Assembly (NCBI GenBank): GCA_040260935.1
Contig: JBDQOY010000194.1
Coordinates: 717 to 64,716, forward strand
Reading direction: 5' to 3'
Length of the DNA: 64,000 nucleotides
Source: Pirellulales bacterium
Lineage (GTDB): Bacteria; Planctomycetota; Planctomycetia; Pirellulales; UBA1268
Position 1 is the stretch's first letter; each line of letters starts with the position of its first letter. Positions 8,909 to 17,697 of this stretch are shown piece after piece. The notes below the pieces were generated by a model that saw nothing but the letters and a program-made list of their open reading frames with translations, searched no databases and was not told where the DNA came from. The translations under genes and the position numbers were made by a program.

Positions 8909-9373
8909 ATGTCGAAAACCGCCACCAGCCGCATTTTGATTGCTGACGACAACGAGCCCAATCGGGAACTGCTCGAGGTCTATCTTGCTGATCTCGACTG
9001 CGAGATCACGACTGCCGTCGATGGACGCGATACCCTCGAAAAAGTCGCCTCGTTTCAGCCAGACGTGATCCTTCTCGACATCATGATGCCGAAGCTGTCG
9101 GGCTTTGAGGTCTGCCAGCAACTGAAGGCTTCCCCCGAGACGCGGCAGATCATGGTCTTGATGGTGACGGCTCTCGGTGAACTCGGTGACATCGAACGGG
9201 CTGTCGAGGCTGGCACCGACGACTTTCTGTCGAAGCCGGTCAACCGCGTTGAATTGGTCAAGCGGGTTGAGAACATGCTCAAACTGCGGCATGTCAGTGA
9301 CGAGCTCGAACGCCTCCGAAACTACATCAGCAGCATGGATGACGACCTGCCACCCCGGCAGGTTGATCGCTAG
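8909..9373 (+). CDS. single-domain response regulator (CheY-like receiver)
   Basis: ILIADDNEPNRELL..DVILLDIMMPKLSGFEV..MVTALGE..FLSKP gives the acidic pocket, the phospho-acceptor Asp, and the T and K positions. There is no output domain in the 154-aa product. Confidence 0.9.
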   Translation: MSKTATSRILIADDNEPNRELLEVYLADLDCEITTAVDGRDTLEKVASFQPDVILLDIMMPKLSGFEVCQQLKASPETRQIMVLMVTALGELGDIERAVEAGTDDFLSKPVNRVELVKRVENMLKLRHVSDELERLRNYISSMDDDLPPRQVDR

Positions 9374-9434
9374 CCACTGCGAGGCGGCCCTGCTGGCACG
9401 AGGGCTTCTCAGCATGCAGTCGCTGGACGTACGG

Positions 9435-10313
9435 TTATGACCGTGTCATGCCGACCTGCTCCAACACCCGAATCGCAGCGGGCGATTTGTTGAGCACGTA
9501 GAGGTGAAGGCCGGGCACCCCACCGGCAATTAACTCCTCGGCCTGCCGCGAGGCATATTCAACCCCGGCTTCAAACTGGGCTGCCGGATCGTCGCCGGCG
9601 GCTTCGAACGCCTTGGTGAAGGTCTCCGGTAGTTTGGCCTTGCAGAGGCTGGCAATGCGCTGAATCTGCTTAAAGTTCGTGACCGGCATCAGGCCTGGCA
9701 CAAGTGGCGTGTCGATCCCGATTGCGGTGCAGCGGTCCCGAAAGCGGAAAAAGTCGGTGTTGTTGTAGAAGAGTTGCGTCACCACCACATCGCCGCCGGC
9801 GGCACACTTCTGTTTGAGAAACTCAAGGTCAGCCTCGGGGCTGACCGCCTCCTGGTGGGTTTCGGGATACCCCGCCACCAGGATGTTGAACTGAGGGAAC
9901 TCCGTGCGAATGAGGGTCACCAGCTCAGCGGCATAGCGAAGCCCGTCAGCCACCGGCGTGAACGCGGCTTCGCCCTGAGGTGGATCACCCCGCAGGGCGA
10001 CAATCGCGGAAACCCCCCGCTGGTCTGCCGCGCGGAGGTAGTCCCGCAACTGATCGACCGTGCTGCCAACACAGGTGAGATGGCTGGCAACAGCCACGGC
10101 AGGATGTCGGCTGCGGACGCCATCGAGAACCTCCAGCGTCTTGGCTTGGGTTGAGCCGCCCGCACCGTAGGTGCAGGTGATCAGGGCCGGTTCGAAGCCC
10201 ACCAGCTCATCGACCGTCTGCCAGAGCATCGACTCGGACTCGGGCGTTTTGGGCGGAAACAATTCGAAGGACAGCGCAAACGAACCATTTTCAAAGGCGG
10301 TGCGAAGCGACAC
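9435..10313 (-). CDS. metF: methylenetetrahydrofolate reductase
   Basis: FALSFELFPPKT, ITCTYGAGGST and VALRGDPP are MTHFR motifs. I set the start at GTG 10311-10313 (VSLRTAFENG). The longest ORF reaches 10385. Confidence 0.85.
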   Translation of the reverse strand: MSLRTAFENGSFALSFELFPPKTPESESMLWQTVDELVGFEPALITCTYGAGGSTQAKTLEVLDGVRSRHPAVAVASHLTCVGSTVDQLRDYLRAADQRGVSAIVALRGDPPQGEAAFTPVADGLRYAAELVTLIRTEFPQFNILVAGYPETHQEAVSPEADLEFLKQKCAAGGDVVVTQLFYNNTDFFRFRDRCTAIGIDTPLVPGLMPVTNFKQIQRIASLCKAKLPETFTKAFEAAGDDPAAQFEAGVEYASRQAEELIAGGVPGLHLYVLNKSPAAIRVLEQVGMTRS

Positions 10314-10472
10314 GCGACATTCTCTCTGCGGATAGCGGGGTGTTGGGGGGCACAGAAGCGGCCCACCGACGCGGAACCTGATCACACCCTGTTACCCTAA
10401 CAAAAAACGGCCAAAAACGCATCGTTTGCGAGCCATGCAGGCCGCTCAAACACGGCTGCCAGGGCTGATTCG

Positions 10473-11768
10473 TCACCCGTCCGATGAGCCTGCCAGTTCC
10501 GCAACAGCTCGGAGGAGCTCCTGGTCGGCCGGGTGGAACGGCATCCCCCGGCGTTCCATCATGCGGCCAACCGCCGTTGCCAGGGGCTCAATGCCGGCGG
10601 GGCCATCTAGGGTCGGATCACCCAACTGGGTCATGAATGCCTCCACGCGGTTGGGGACCTGGCCTCCCAGGAGGGCTGCCGGCCCGATCAGACTGCCGCA
10701 GGAAATCGCCGTCTGAATGGCCGTTTTTGTAAAGTCTCCAATCAGACTGCCGAAGAACTGCCGGCCGGTATCACGGCTGGCACCGTCGGACTCCCGCAGC
10801 CGGATTGATCCGTAACTGAACTTCAGATTGCCGGTGACGGTTCCAGCAGCAAGGTTGACCCAACTGCCGAGATGGCTGTGGCCGAGGAAGCCTCCATGGG
10901 CCTTGTTGGAAAACGGCTCGATCACCGTGGCCGCGATCTCACCCCCCAGGCGGCAATCGTGCCCGGCCACCGTTCCGGCACCAATCCAACTGTGCGGATG
11001 CACCCTCGTGCGTCTGCCGATCCGAACAGGACCATCGAAACAGCAGAAGGGACCGATTTCCGCTGCGGCATCAACGAGAACGGGTCCCCCCCGAATCGCC
11101 ACCGTGTTAGCCACCACCGGTGCCAGTGCGGGGGTGTCGGTCTGCTCCACGAACAGTCCCGGCTGTTGTTCGGCATACCGGCCTGAATCGAGTGCCACCA
11201 CCAGCATGTCTTCCAGGCTGGCCTCATGGGCGGTGAGGAGATCCTGGGGTGACTCCAGCAGCGGCAGCGTGGCGTCGAGGTGGGGAAGGGTCGCCACGGC
11301 TGTGAATGCATCAAGGGGTTGTGCCCCAGCAATGACCGCATCAAGTAATCCCATCTCACCGCCTCTGCCAGTGGCATCGCGGTGGACCAGGGCGGCGGCA
11401 AGGGCATCTCCGGCGGTGACCAGCCCCGGCTGGCCGGCTTCAATCAGGGACCGCAGGGTGATCAGGCTGGGCCGACTCGGGATCAGCCGCGCGTTGACCA
11501 GCAGCATCAGCCGGCCCTGCTCTGAGGAAGACGGGCGGGCACGCTCCGGCAGCACAGGTCCGCCCCAGTGGGGCACCCGTTTGCCCCCGAGTGCAGCCAG
11601 GTAGGCCTGGAGGTGGGGCCGGAGGACACGATGCACCTGTCCCAGATGCGTTAGGAACTCGACGAGCGACCCTTCGCCGATGGTAAGGTCGCAGGCTGGC
11701 CGCGCCAGGGTGAGCGGGTTAAGGGCCGACACGGCGGTGTCTTCACAGACAAAAACGTTCATGGCCAA
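10473..11768 (-). CDS. putative sugar nucleotidyltransferase with a C-terminal left-handed beta-helix (GlmU-like)
   Basis: The N-terminus MNVFVCEDTAVSALNPLTLARPACDLTIGEGSL resembles the 'putative sugar nucleotidyl transferase' family. The C-terminal half contains hexapeptide-like repeats (IGAGTVAGHDCRLGGEI..VNLAAGTVTGNL). Confidence 0.6.
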   Translation of the reverse strand: MAMNVFVCEDTAVSALNPLTLARPACDLTIGEGSLVEFLTHLGQVHRVLRPHLQAYLAALGGKRVPHWGGPVLPERARPSSSEQGRLMLLVNARLIPSRPSLITLRSLIEAGQPGLVTAGDALAAALVHRDATGRGGEMGLLDAVIAGAQPLDAFTAVATLPHLDATLPLLESPQDLLTAHEASLEDMLVVALDSGRYAEQQPGLFVEQTDTPALAPVVANTVAIRGGPVLVDAAAEIGPFCCFDGPVRIGRRTRVHPHSWIGAGTVAGHDCRLGGEIAATVIEPFSNKAHGGFLGHSHLGSWVNLAAGTVTGNLKFSYGSIRLRESDGASRDTGRQFFGSLIGDFTKTAIQTAISCGSLIGPAALLGGQVPNRVEAFMTQLGDPTLDGPAGIEPLATAVGRMMERRGMPFHPADQELLRAVAELAGSSDG

Positions 11769-11847
11769 ACCCTAGCAAAGGTCTTCGCCCGCCAGCGAGG
11801 CCACTGCTGGCAAAACAGCCGCCCGTGGCGTAATCTTCGGGAACTCA

Positions 11848-11930
11848 GCCGGAGTGGCGGAATGGCAGACGCGACGGATTCAAAATCCGTTGCCCGCAAG
11901 GGCGTGTGGGTTCAAGTCCCACCTCCGGCA
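11848..11930 (+). tRNA. tRNA-Leu (anticodon CAA)
   Basis: I folded it by hand. The acceptor stem is GCCGGAG/CTCCGGC. The anticodon stem ACGGA/TCCGT closes the loop TTCAAAA. The long variable arm is GCCC-GCAA-GGGC and the T arm is GTGGG-TTCAAGT-CCCAC. CCA is not encoded. Confidence 0.95.
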
Positions 11931-11986
11931 TTTGGGCCCATCGCTTGGCCTTTGGCTGCCATTCGGCGAGTGACGCCCTGCGGGGT

Positions 11987-14900
11987 TTACCGCTTGCGGA
12001 TCTTGAGCACGTATCGCATCAGGTCGTTGAACTCCTGGCGATTCTTTAACTGTGCCACGAGGTGCTCTGGCATCAGCGAGACGGGTGATTCAAACAACTC
12101 GTCCAGGTCGTCCTTGCGGAAGGCAAGCGGCGTCGATTCGGCAAGATTACGGATCACAATTTCGTCGTCAGTCTCTGACACGCGGATGCCCGTGTGCTGC
12201 TTGCCGTCGGCCGTGATGACGGTGACCTGGGCATAGGCCTTGTCGATCACCTTCGACGGATAGAGCACGGACTCAATCACCTGTTCCGGTGAAACCTGCG
12301 TGCTAAGTTCCTGCAGGGCAGGTGCCAGCCGAAGGGTGCCAGCCGGCGGGTTATGACAGGTCGCACAGGCAGCTGCCGACGTGTAGAAAAGATCTTTGCC
12401 GCGTTTGGCATTGCCCTTCCGCATCGCAACCTCAGCCAGCTGATGCAATGGGGTTGCCAGCAGTTCCTGCTCGAGCGCAAGGTTCGCAGTGGCTTCCTGC
12501 TCACCTGCCGCGGCGGCGACAAGGGCCGGTTCAAGCGGATGCATTGCCAGCAGGTCGGCTGGCTTCCAAAATGTGGTCTGGCTGCGTGTTGCCTCCCGCA
12601 CCCGTGCGACAGTTTCAGGCCTGACAGTCGCCGCCTGATTGCCCCAGGTGTTCCGAACGAAGGTGAGCACCGCGGCCAGTTCTTTATCAGTTAGGAGGTT
12701 GCGGAAGGCTGTCATCGGGGGTACGCCACGGGCAGGGTCGTAGGTTTTTCCATGCACGACCAGTGGCCCCCACATGCCGTGGAGGGTTGCCTTGATGAGC
12801 CGCTCCTCGCTGCCACTGACCCAGGGGCTGTTGATCAGCGACGGATAGATGACGCCGTTGCCCTTGCCCGTATTCAAATGACAGGTGCCGCAGTGGGCCT
12901 CCCGCTGGTACACCTTTGACCCCTGTTCGTAGGCGGCATGCTCTGCCTTCGCGAGATGGGCAGGCGGAGCAAAGGTCACGATCTCGTGCTCAACCGGTGC
13001 CGCAAACCCACTCGCGCCGGTGGCATCAACAGTGTGCCAGAAGTGAGCGACCGTTTTGGCCGCGACCGCGGCATGTTTGACCTTCGATGCGAGAAGCCTC
13101 TGCAAGAGGTCTTCATTCCGGACATGGTGCTGCTGATGCAACCAGAGTGCCTCGAGGAGATGATGAGCTTCGGTTTCATTATTTGGGTCAAAGCCGGCCA
13201 TCCACGTTTGCGTTGCCGCGATGACGGCCTCGGAGTCACGGCTGCTGAGTTCTACGCGGGTTCGGTGCCGGACTCCATCGACCGGATGCTCGAGGTTTTT
13301 CAGCAGCGTCTCAAGTGGCTCGCCAGCGATTTTGACTGGAGGCTGGAGGGGTCGGTCTTTGGCTGTCAGTCGGTAGATGCGTCCGTGGGTATGGTCACGG
13401 CTGGGGTCGCGAATACTGTGCTGCATGTGGCCAATGATCACGTTCTGCCAGTCGGCGACGTAGAGTGCGCCATCCTCACCGACGATCGCATCCGTCGCCC
13501 GGAAGTTGGGGTCCTTGCTGTCGAGCAATGGCTTGACTGGCGTTCCCCAGACTTCACCGAACGCCCGCGAGGCAGTCACTTGGCTGGCGCTCGTATTGAT
13601 CTTGATCGCGAAGGACGCAACCACGTCCGTGCCGCGAAAGAATTCAATCGTGCCGTTATTGAACCGGTCTTCGAATCCCGGGCGATTCCAGACCCGGAGT
13701 TCACTCACCGGAATGGGCGTCTTGAAATCACCCCGCATCCAGGGGTTCTGCTGCTTGGTGGTGTGGGCAAAATTCCCTTTGTTGCCATCGACGAGCAGGC
13801 GGACTGGAAACTCGCCAGTGCCATAGTCGCTTGACTGCTGCATGTCAGCCATGTGGGCAACGTTCTTGCCGTCGCTGATGACTTCGACCTCGGCGATGTT
13901 CATCTGCTGAAAGCCGTTGACACTCAGTTTGAACCCGGTCACCGGGACTTGGTCGAGGCTCGGGAACGTGACCGTGATCAGTCTGCCGTCTGGCGAGATC
14001 TCAAGCCCTTCCTGATGGTGGTGGCTGACCGCGTCCTCATTGCCGGCGCCGTCGCGGTCGAGGTCGTACTGCTTCACGCCGAGAAATCCGATCGAATTGC
14101 AGATCAAAAAGTCTTGCTGCAGATCGTCGGGGAAGTGGCCTGAGGAAAGAATCTCACAGGCCGGCACCGGCCGGAACTCCTTCTCCAGCAATTTGTGCAT
14201 CTTGAATCCGCTGCCTTCCGGCCGCACCTGATAGGCCCGGCCACTGGTGCCATCGGTGGCGTAGCAGTAGCCCCACCGGTCAAAACTCGTGCCGTGTGGA
14301 TTGGGGCTGTTGGCTGCATGCGGGGTGATGGCAAAGGTTCGCGGGTCAAAGCGATACATGCCCGAATCACCGATTTGGAGGTTATGCATCCAAGGCATCT
14401 CATGATTGTTGACAAGAAAAATGCCACTTTGCCAGTAGATGCCCCCATCGGGGCCGTAGATCAGATTGTTCGCGGCATGGTGGGTATCGGCGGTTCCCAG
14501 ACCCTGTAGCAGGATGGTGCGAACGTCAGCCACGTCATCGCCATCGGTGTCCTTCAGGAAGAGCAGGTCAGGGCCCGAGGTGACGACAACACCCCCACCC
14601 CAGAACTCAAACCCGAGCGGATTGTGGACCCGGGCGAAGATCTTGCGACGGTCGGCCACGCCGTCATGATCGTCGTCCTCGAGAATGACGAGGGCATCGT
14701 CCATCTCCTGAAGCGGTTCCCACTTCGGGTAGGTGTTCCAGCAGGCGGCCCAGAGTCGGCCCTTGCCGTCCACCTGAAGTTGGACGGGGTTGGCAAAGCC
14801 TTCAAACATTTCCTCGGACGCAAAAACATTTAGTTCAAACCCTTCGGGCACCACGATGTTCTGGGCGCTTTCCTCGGGGCTGAGGTAGGCGACACTGCCC

Positions 14901-15922
14901 TCTTTGGCGGCACTGGAACTCGCACTGCCCCCGCCGACATTGGAGACCACCTTCACCGGTGGCGGCACGGCGTTGTCATCCGGCTGAATCATGCGGCCTG
15001 CAGCCGCCGCCCAGATGACCGGATCACGGTTCGCGGTCATCACGTCGAGCATCACCAGTTCGTGCTTGAGCACGTCAGCATTGCTCTGGCCATCGACAAA
15101 GGTCAGTTTTGAGCGGCTGCCCCAGATGTCATTGCCGTCAGTCGCACGATAACGATGGTGCCAGTGCCAATTCTTGTCTTGAACGGCGGCGTACAGGTTC
15201 TGCAGGTCCGCCTGAGCCGGCGGCTGCTTGCCCAGCAAGCCCTCCGCAATGATTCCAGCGAGTTGCCAGTAGCCGGTTGCATTGAGGTGGATGCCATTGA
15301 GGGTGAGCGGTTCGCTGGCTGACGTGAATCGCTGGCGGGTCGGCGTGGAGAGATCGACGAAAGCTGCCTGGCACTGTTTGGCCGCCTGCTGTGTCGCATC
15401 GGTATAGGCCGCCAAGTTGGTGTTCAGTTCCACCCCGTCGGGAAGATTGCGGCTGCCGGTCGACTCGTAGGCGATCGGGCTGAACAGAACAAAGCGGGCA
15501 TCGACACCCTGCTGCTTCCGCAGGCCGCGGTACTTCTCGACCAGTTTCACCAGTTCCTGCCGATAGGCTCCAGCAGCTTTTGGGCCAGCAAACGACTCGT
15601 TGTAGCCGTACATGATGAAGATGACGTTGGGGGCAACATGCTGCAGATAGGCTTCATCATTGGTGAACCCGCTGCTGCGGGGCTTCTTGCTGACGGTGTC
15701 ACCGGAAACGCTCAGGTTCCGGAATCGCACCCCGAGGCCTTGCAGGTGGTGCTGGAGCACTGTTTCGACCCAGGGTTCGTGCTGCATCCGGTCGGCCAGG
15801 CCGTTGCCATAGATGGCAACCGTGTCGCCCTGCTGAAAGCGAAACGGCTCGGTGGCGGTCACCGTGCCCGGAAGGCCGCAGCCGACAAGCAGGAGTCCCA
15901 AAACGAGGAGTTGGCGGGGCAT
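11987..15922 (-). CDS. PVC-type multidomain heme-binding protein (SGNH/GDSL-like domain + beta-propeller dehydrogenase-like region + HEAT-like region + two cytochrome c CxxCH domains)
   Basis: The protein has a signal peptide, [23 protein letters not shown]-like blocks ([23 protein letters not shown]) are present. Two CxxCH sites (CGTCH, CATCH) lie in the C-terminal third. I set the start at ATG 15920-15922. The longest ORF reaches 16072. Confidence 0.75.
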   Translation of the reverse strand: MPRQLLVLGLLLVGCGLPGTVTATEPFRFQQGDTVAIYGNGLADRMQHEPWVETVLQHHLQGLGVRFRNLSVSGDTVSKKPRSSGFTNDEAYLQHVAPNVIFIMYGYNESFAGPKAAGAYRQELVKLVEKYRGLRKQQGVDARFVLFSPIAYESTGSRNLPDGVELNTNLAAYTDATQQAAKQCQAAFVDLSTPTRQRFTSASEPLTLNGIHLNATGYWQLAGIIAEGLLGKQPPAQADLQNLYAAVQDKNWHWHHRYRATDGNDIWGSRSKLTFVDGQSNADVLKHELVMLDVMTANRDPVIWAAAAGRMIQPDDNAVPPPVKVVSNVGGGSASSSAAKEGSVAYLSPEESAQNIVVPEGFELNVFASEEMFEGFANPVQLQVDGKGRLWAACWNTYPKWEPLQEMDDALVILEDDDHDGVADRRKIFARVHNPLGFEFWGGGVVVTSGPDLLFLKDTDGDDVADVRTILLQGLGTADTHHAANNLIYGPDGGIYWQSGIFLVNNHEMPWMHNLQIGDSGMYRFDPRTFAITPHAANSPNPHGTSFDRWGYCYATDGTSGRAYQVRPEGSGFKMHKLLEKEFRPVPACEILSSGHFPDDLQQDFLICNSIGFLGVKQYDLDRDGAGNEDAVSHHHQEGLEISPDGRLITVTFPSLDQVPVTGFKLSVNGFQQMNIAEVEVISDGKNVAHMADMQQSSDYGTGEFPVRLLVDGNKGNFAHTTKQQNPWMRGDFKTPIPVSELRVWNRPGFEDRFNNGTIEFFRGTDVVASFAIKINTSASQVTASRAFGEVWGTPVKPLLDSKDPNFRATDAIVGEDGALYVADWQNVIIGHMQHSIRDPSRDHTHGRIYRLTAKDRPLQPPVKIAGEPLETLLKNLEHPVDGVRHRTRVELSSRDSEAVIAATQTWMAGFDPNNETEAHHLLEALWLHQQHHVRNEDLLQRLLASKVKHAAVAAKTVAHFWHTVDATGASGFAAPVEHEIVTFAPPAHLAKAEHAAYEQGSKVYQREAHCGTCHLNTGKGNGVIYPSLINSPWVSGSEERLIKATLHGMWGPLVVHGKTYDPARGVPPMTAFRNLLTDKELAAVLTFVRNTWGNQAATVRPETVARVREATRSQTTFWKPADLLAMHPLEPALVAAAAGEQEATANLALEQELLATPLHQLAEVAMRKGNAKRGKDLFYTSAAACATCHNPPAGTLRLAPALQELSTQVSPEQVIESVLYPSKVIDKAYAQVTVITADGKQHTGIRVSETDDEIVIRNLAESTPLAFRKDDLDELFESPVSLMPEHLVAQLKNRQEFNDLMRYVLKIRKR

Positions 15923-16144
15923 GATCACGGCACGATCCTTAGTGAGCGGTTTGGCTGGAGATGGAGCAGCTTCTCGGCAGGCCGCCGGGCGGGCCCGGGA
16001 GTTCGGGTGGCACTTCTCGTTGCGGTGCCGCTGCGTTCCGGCAGGCCGGACGGTTGCGGCCCCATTCGGCACTCACCAATTGTAGAACACGGTTCTTCCT
16101 TACGGTCGACTCGTTGTGCACGAGGCCGCTGGGTTCGAAAACCC

Positions 16145-16169
16145 CTTCAAACCGCGGCAAAACCGCGGG
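16145..16169 (-). terminator. putative intrinsic terminator downstream of the DUF1501 gene
   Basis: On the minus strand the sequence reads CCGCGG-ttttg-CCGCGG followed by tttgaaggggtttt. This is a 6-bp GC stem plus a T-rich tail, lying between the stop at 16180 and the next start at 15922. Confidence 0.4.
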
Positions 16170-16179
16170 AGGACTGCCG

Positions 16180-17622
16180 CTAGCCGAGCAGGGCCTGCAC
16201 CGGCTGAGCCGGCTCGACGCCGGTGAGCTTGGTATCGAGGCCCTGGTAGGGAACCGTAAACCGGTTGTGATCGATCCCCAGCAGGTGCAGCATTGTGGCG
16301 TGCAGGTCACGAACGTGCACCACATCCTCGATGGCGTGGTACCCGAACTCATCGGTCGCCCCATGGGTCACCCCGCCTTTGATGCCGCCGCCAGCCAGCA
16401 CCATGCTGAAGCCCTTGATGTGGTGGTCACGGCCAATGCCTTTTTTCTGTCCCTGTCCCATCGGCGTGCGGCCGAATTCACCACCGATCACCACGAGGGT
16501 TTCGTCGAGCAAGCCCCGGCGTTCCAGGTCGAGCAGCAGCCCTGCGGCTGCCCGGTCGGTGGGCGGACAGATCTCGTCCATGAAGGGCTCAATGCCGCCG
16601 TGATGATCCCAGTCGCTGTGGTAGAGATGCACAAACCGGACACCCCGCTCAACGAGCCGCCGGGCCATCAGGCAGTTGGTGCCGACGGTGGCCTTCCCAG
16701 GTTCTGCGCCGTAGAGCGCCAGCGTCTCAGCGGTTTCCCCAGAGAGATCGGCCAACTGCGGCACGCTGGTCTGCATGCGGAAGGCGAGTTCATACTGGTG
16801 AATGCGGGTGGCCACGTCAGGATCATGGAGGCTTTGCAGCCGATGGTGCTCGAGGGCGGCAACCGTTTTGATCAGATCGTGCTGGTGGGCTGCTGTGACA
16901 CCGGGAGGATTGCCAACGTAGTGCACCGGGGAGCCACTCGTCGCGAACTCAACGCCTTGGAACTGTCCGGGCAGAAACCCCGAGTGCCACTGCCGGGCAG
17001 CGATCGGCTGCGGATTACGGCCCATCTTGCTGGTCATCACGACGAAGCCGGGGAGATCGTCCGCCTCACAGCCCAGCCCATAGGTCACCCATGCCCCCAT
17101 GCTCGGCCGCCCCGAAAGTGCTGTGCCGCAATTCATGAAGGTGTGCGCCGGGTCGTGGTTGATTTGCTCGGTCACCATGCTGCGGACAATCGCATAGCGG
17201 TCGGCCAGGCTGCCGAGACGAGGGAAGTAATCGCTGACCTCGGCCCCACACTCGCCGTAGCGCTGAAAGGGCTTCCGCGGACCAAGACAGAGCAACTCTT
17301 TCCCCTGCAACTGGGCAATCGGCTGGCCAGCCGTCACGCTTTCGGGCATCGGTTTGCCGTCCAGTTCCGCAAGCAGCGGCTTGTGGTCGAAGGTCTCCAG
17401 ATGGCTTGGCCCCCCGGCCAGACAAAGGAAGATCACTGCCTTGGCCCGCGGGGCATGGTGCAGCGGGTTGATCACGCCGGCCATGTCTGATGGTGTGGGG
17501 CGGCGACCGGTCGTGGCAGCCAAGGCGTCGCGGGCCAGCAGCGAGGAGAGGGCGGCGCCACCCAGGTTGAGGCCACTCCGGGTCAGGAACGTCCGCCGCT
17601 GGATCTGGAGATTGGGCTGCAT
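16180..17622 (-). CDS. DUF1501 domain-containing protein (sulfatase-fold, TAT signal)
   Basis: The RRTFL twin-arginine leader and GRDHH..AGGGIKGG..HGATDEFG are the classical DUF1501 blocks. The gene lies directly downstream of a PSCyt/DUF1553 gene. Confidence 0.85.
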   Translation of the reverse strand: MQPNLQIQRRTFLTRSGLNLGGAALSSLLARDALAATTGRRPTPSDMAGVINPLHHAPRAKAVIFLCLAGGPSHLETFDHKPLLAELDGKPMPESVTAGQPIAQLQGKELLCLGPRKPFQRYGECGAEVSDYFPRLGSLADRYAIVRSMVTEQINHDPAHTFMNCGTALSGRPSMGAWVTYGLGCEADDLPGFVVMTSKMGRNPQPIAARQWHSGFLPGQFQGVEFATSGSPVHYVGNPPGVTAAHQHDLIKTVAALEHHRLQSLHDPDVATRIHQYELAFRMQTSVPQLADLSGETAETLALYGAEPGKATVGTNCLMARRLVERGVRFVHLYHSDWDHHGGIEPFMDEICPPTDRAAAGLLLDLERRGLLDETLVVIGGEFGRTPMGQGQKKGIGRDHHIKGFSMVLAGGGIKGGVTHGATDEFGYHAIEDVVHVRDLHATMLHLLGIDHNRFTVPYQGLDTKLTGVEPAQPVQALLG

Positions 17623-17697
17623 CGTGTCTCCCTGTTCTGCTCGCGTGAGGCTGTCTGTATGGAGTTGTCTGTGGGTGGCGGGGTGGCAGGCGTGGGT

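Noticed and set aside
10401-10440. An A/T-rich tract, caaaaaacggccaaaaacgcatcgtttgcg, between the nucleotidyltransferase gene and metF, considered as an intrinsic terminator.
   Set aside because: Only a 5-bp AU-rich stem (AAACG/CGTTT) with a 3-nt loop can form. This is too weak to call, although the T-runs on the minus strand make some termination plausible.
15923-16072. N-terminal extensions of the longest ORFs. These include 16072 (heme protein), 35601 (TIM-barrel protein), 53082 (desaturase), 25493 (Cys-rich protein), 42820 (A2M), 7425 (folK), 3741 (MMPL), 4326 (CDGSH), 51884 (DUF2798) and 25582 (DUF1559).
   Set aside because: The extensions lack signal-peptide or family features. They sometimes overlap the neighbouring gene. 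Internal Met or Val codons give canonical N-termini, in some cases (e.g. MMPL) with an SD-like tract upstream, so I trimmed the coordinates.
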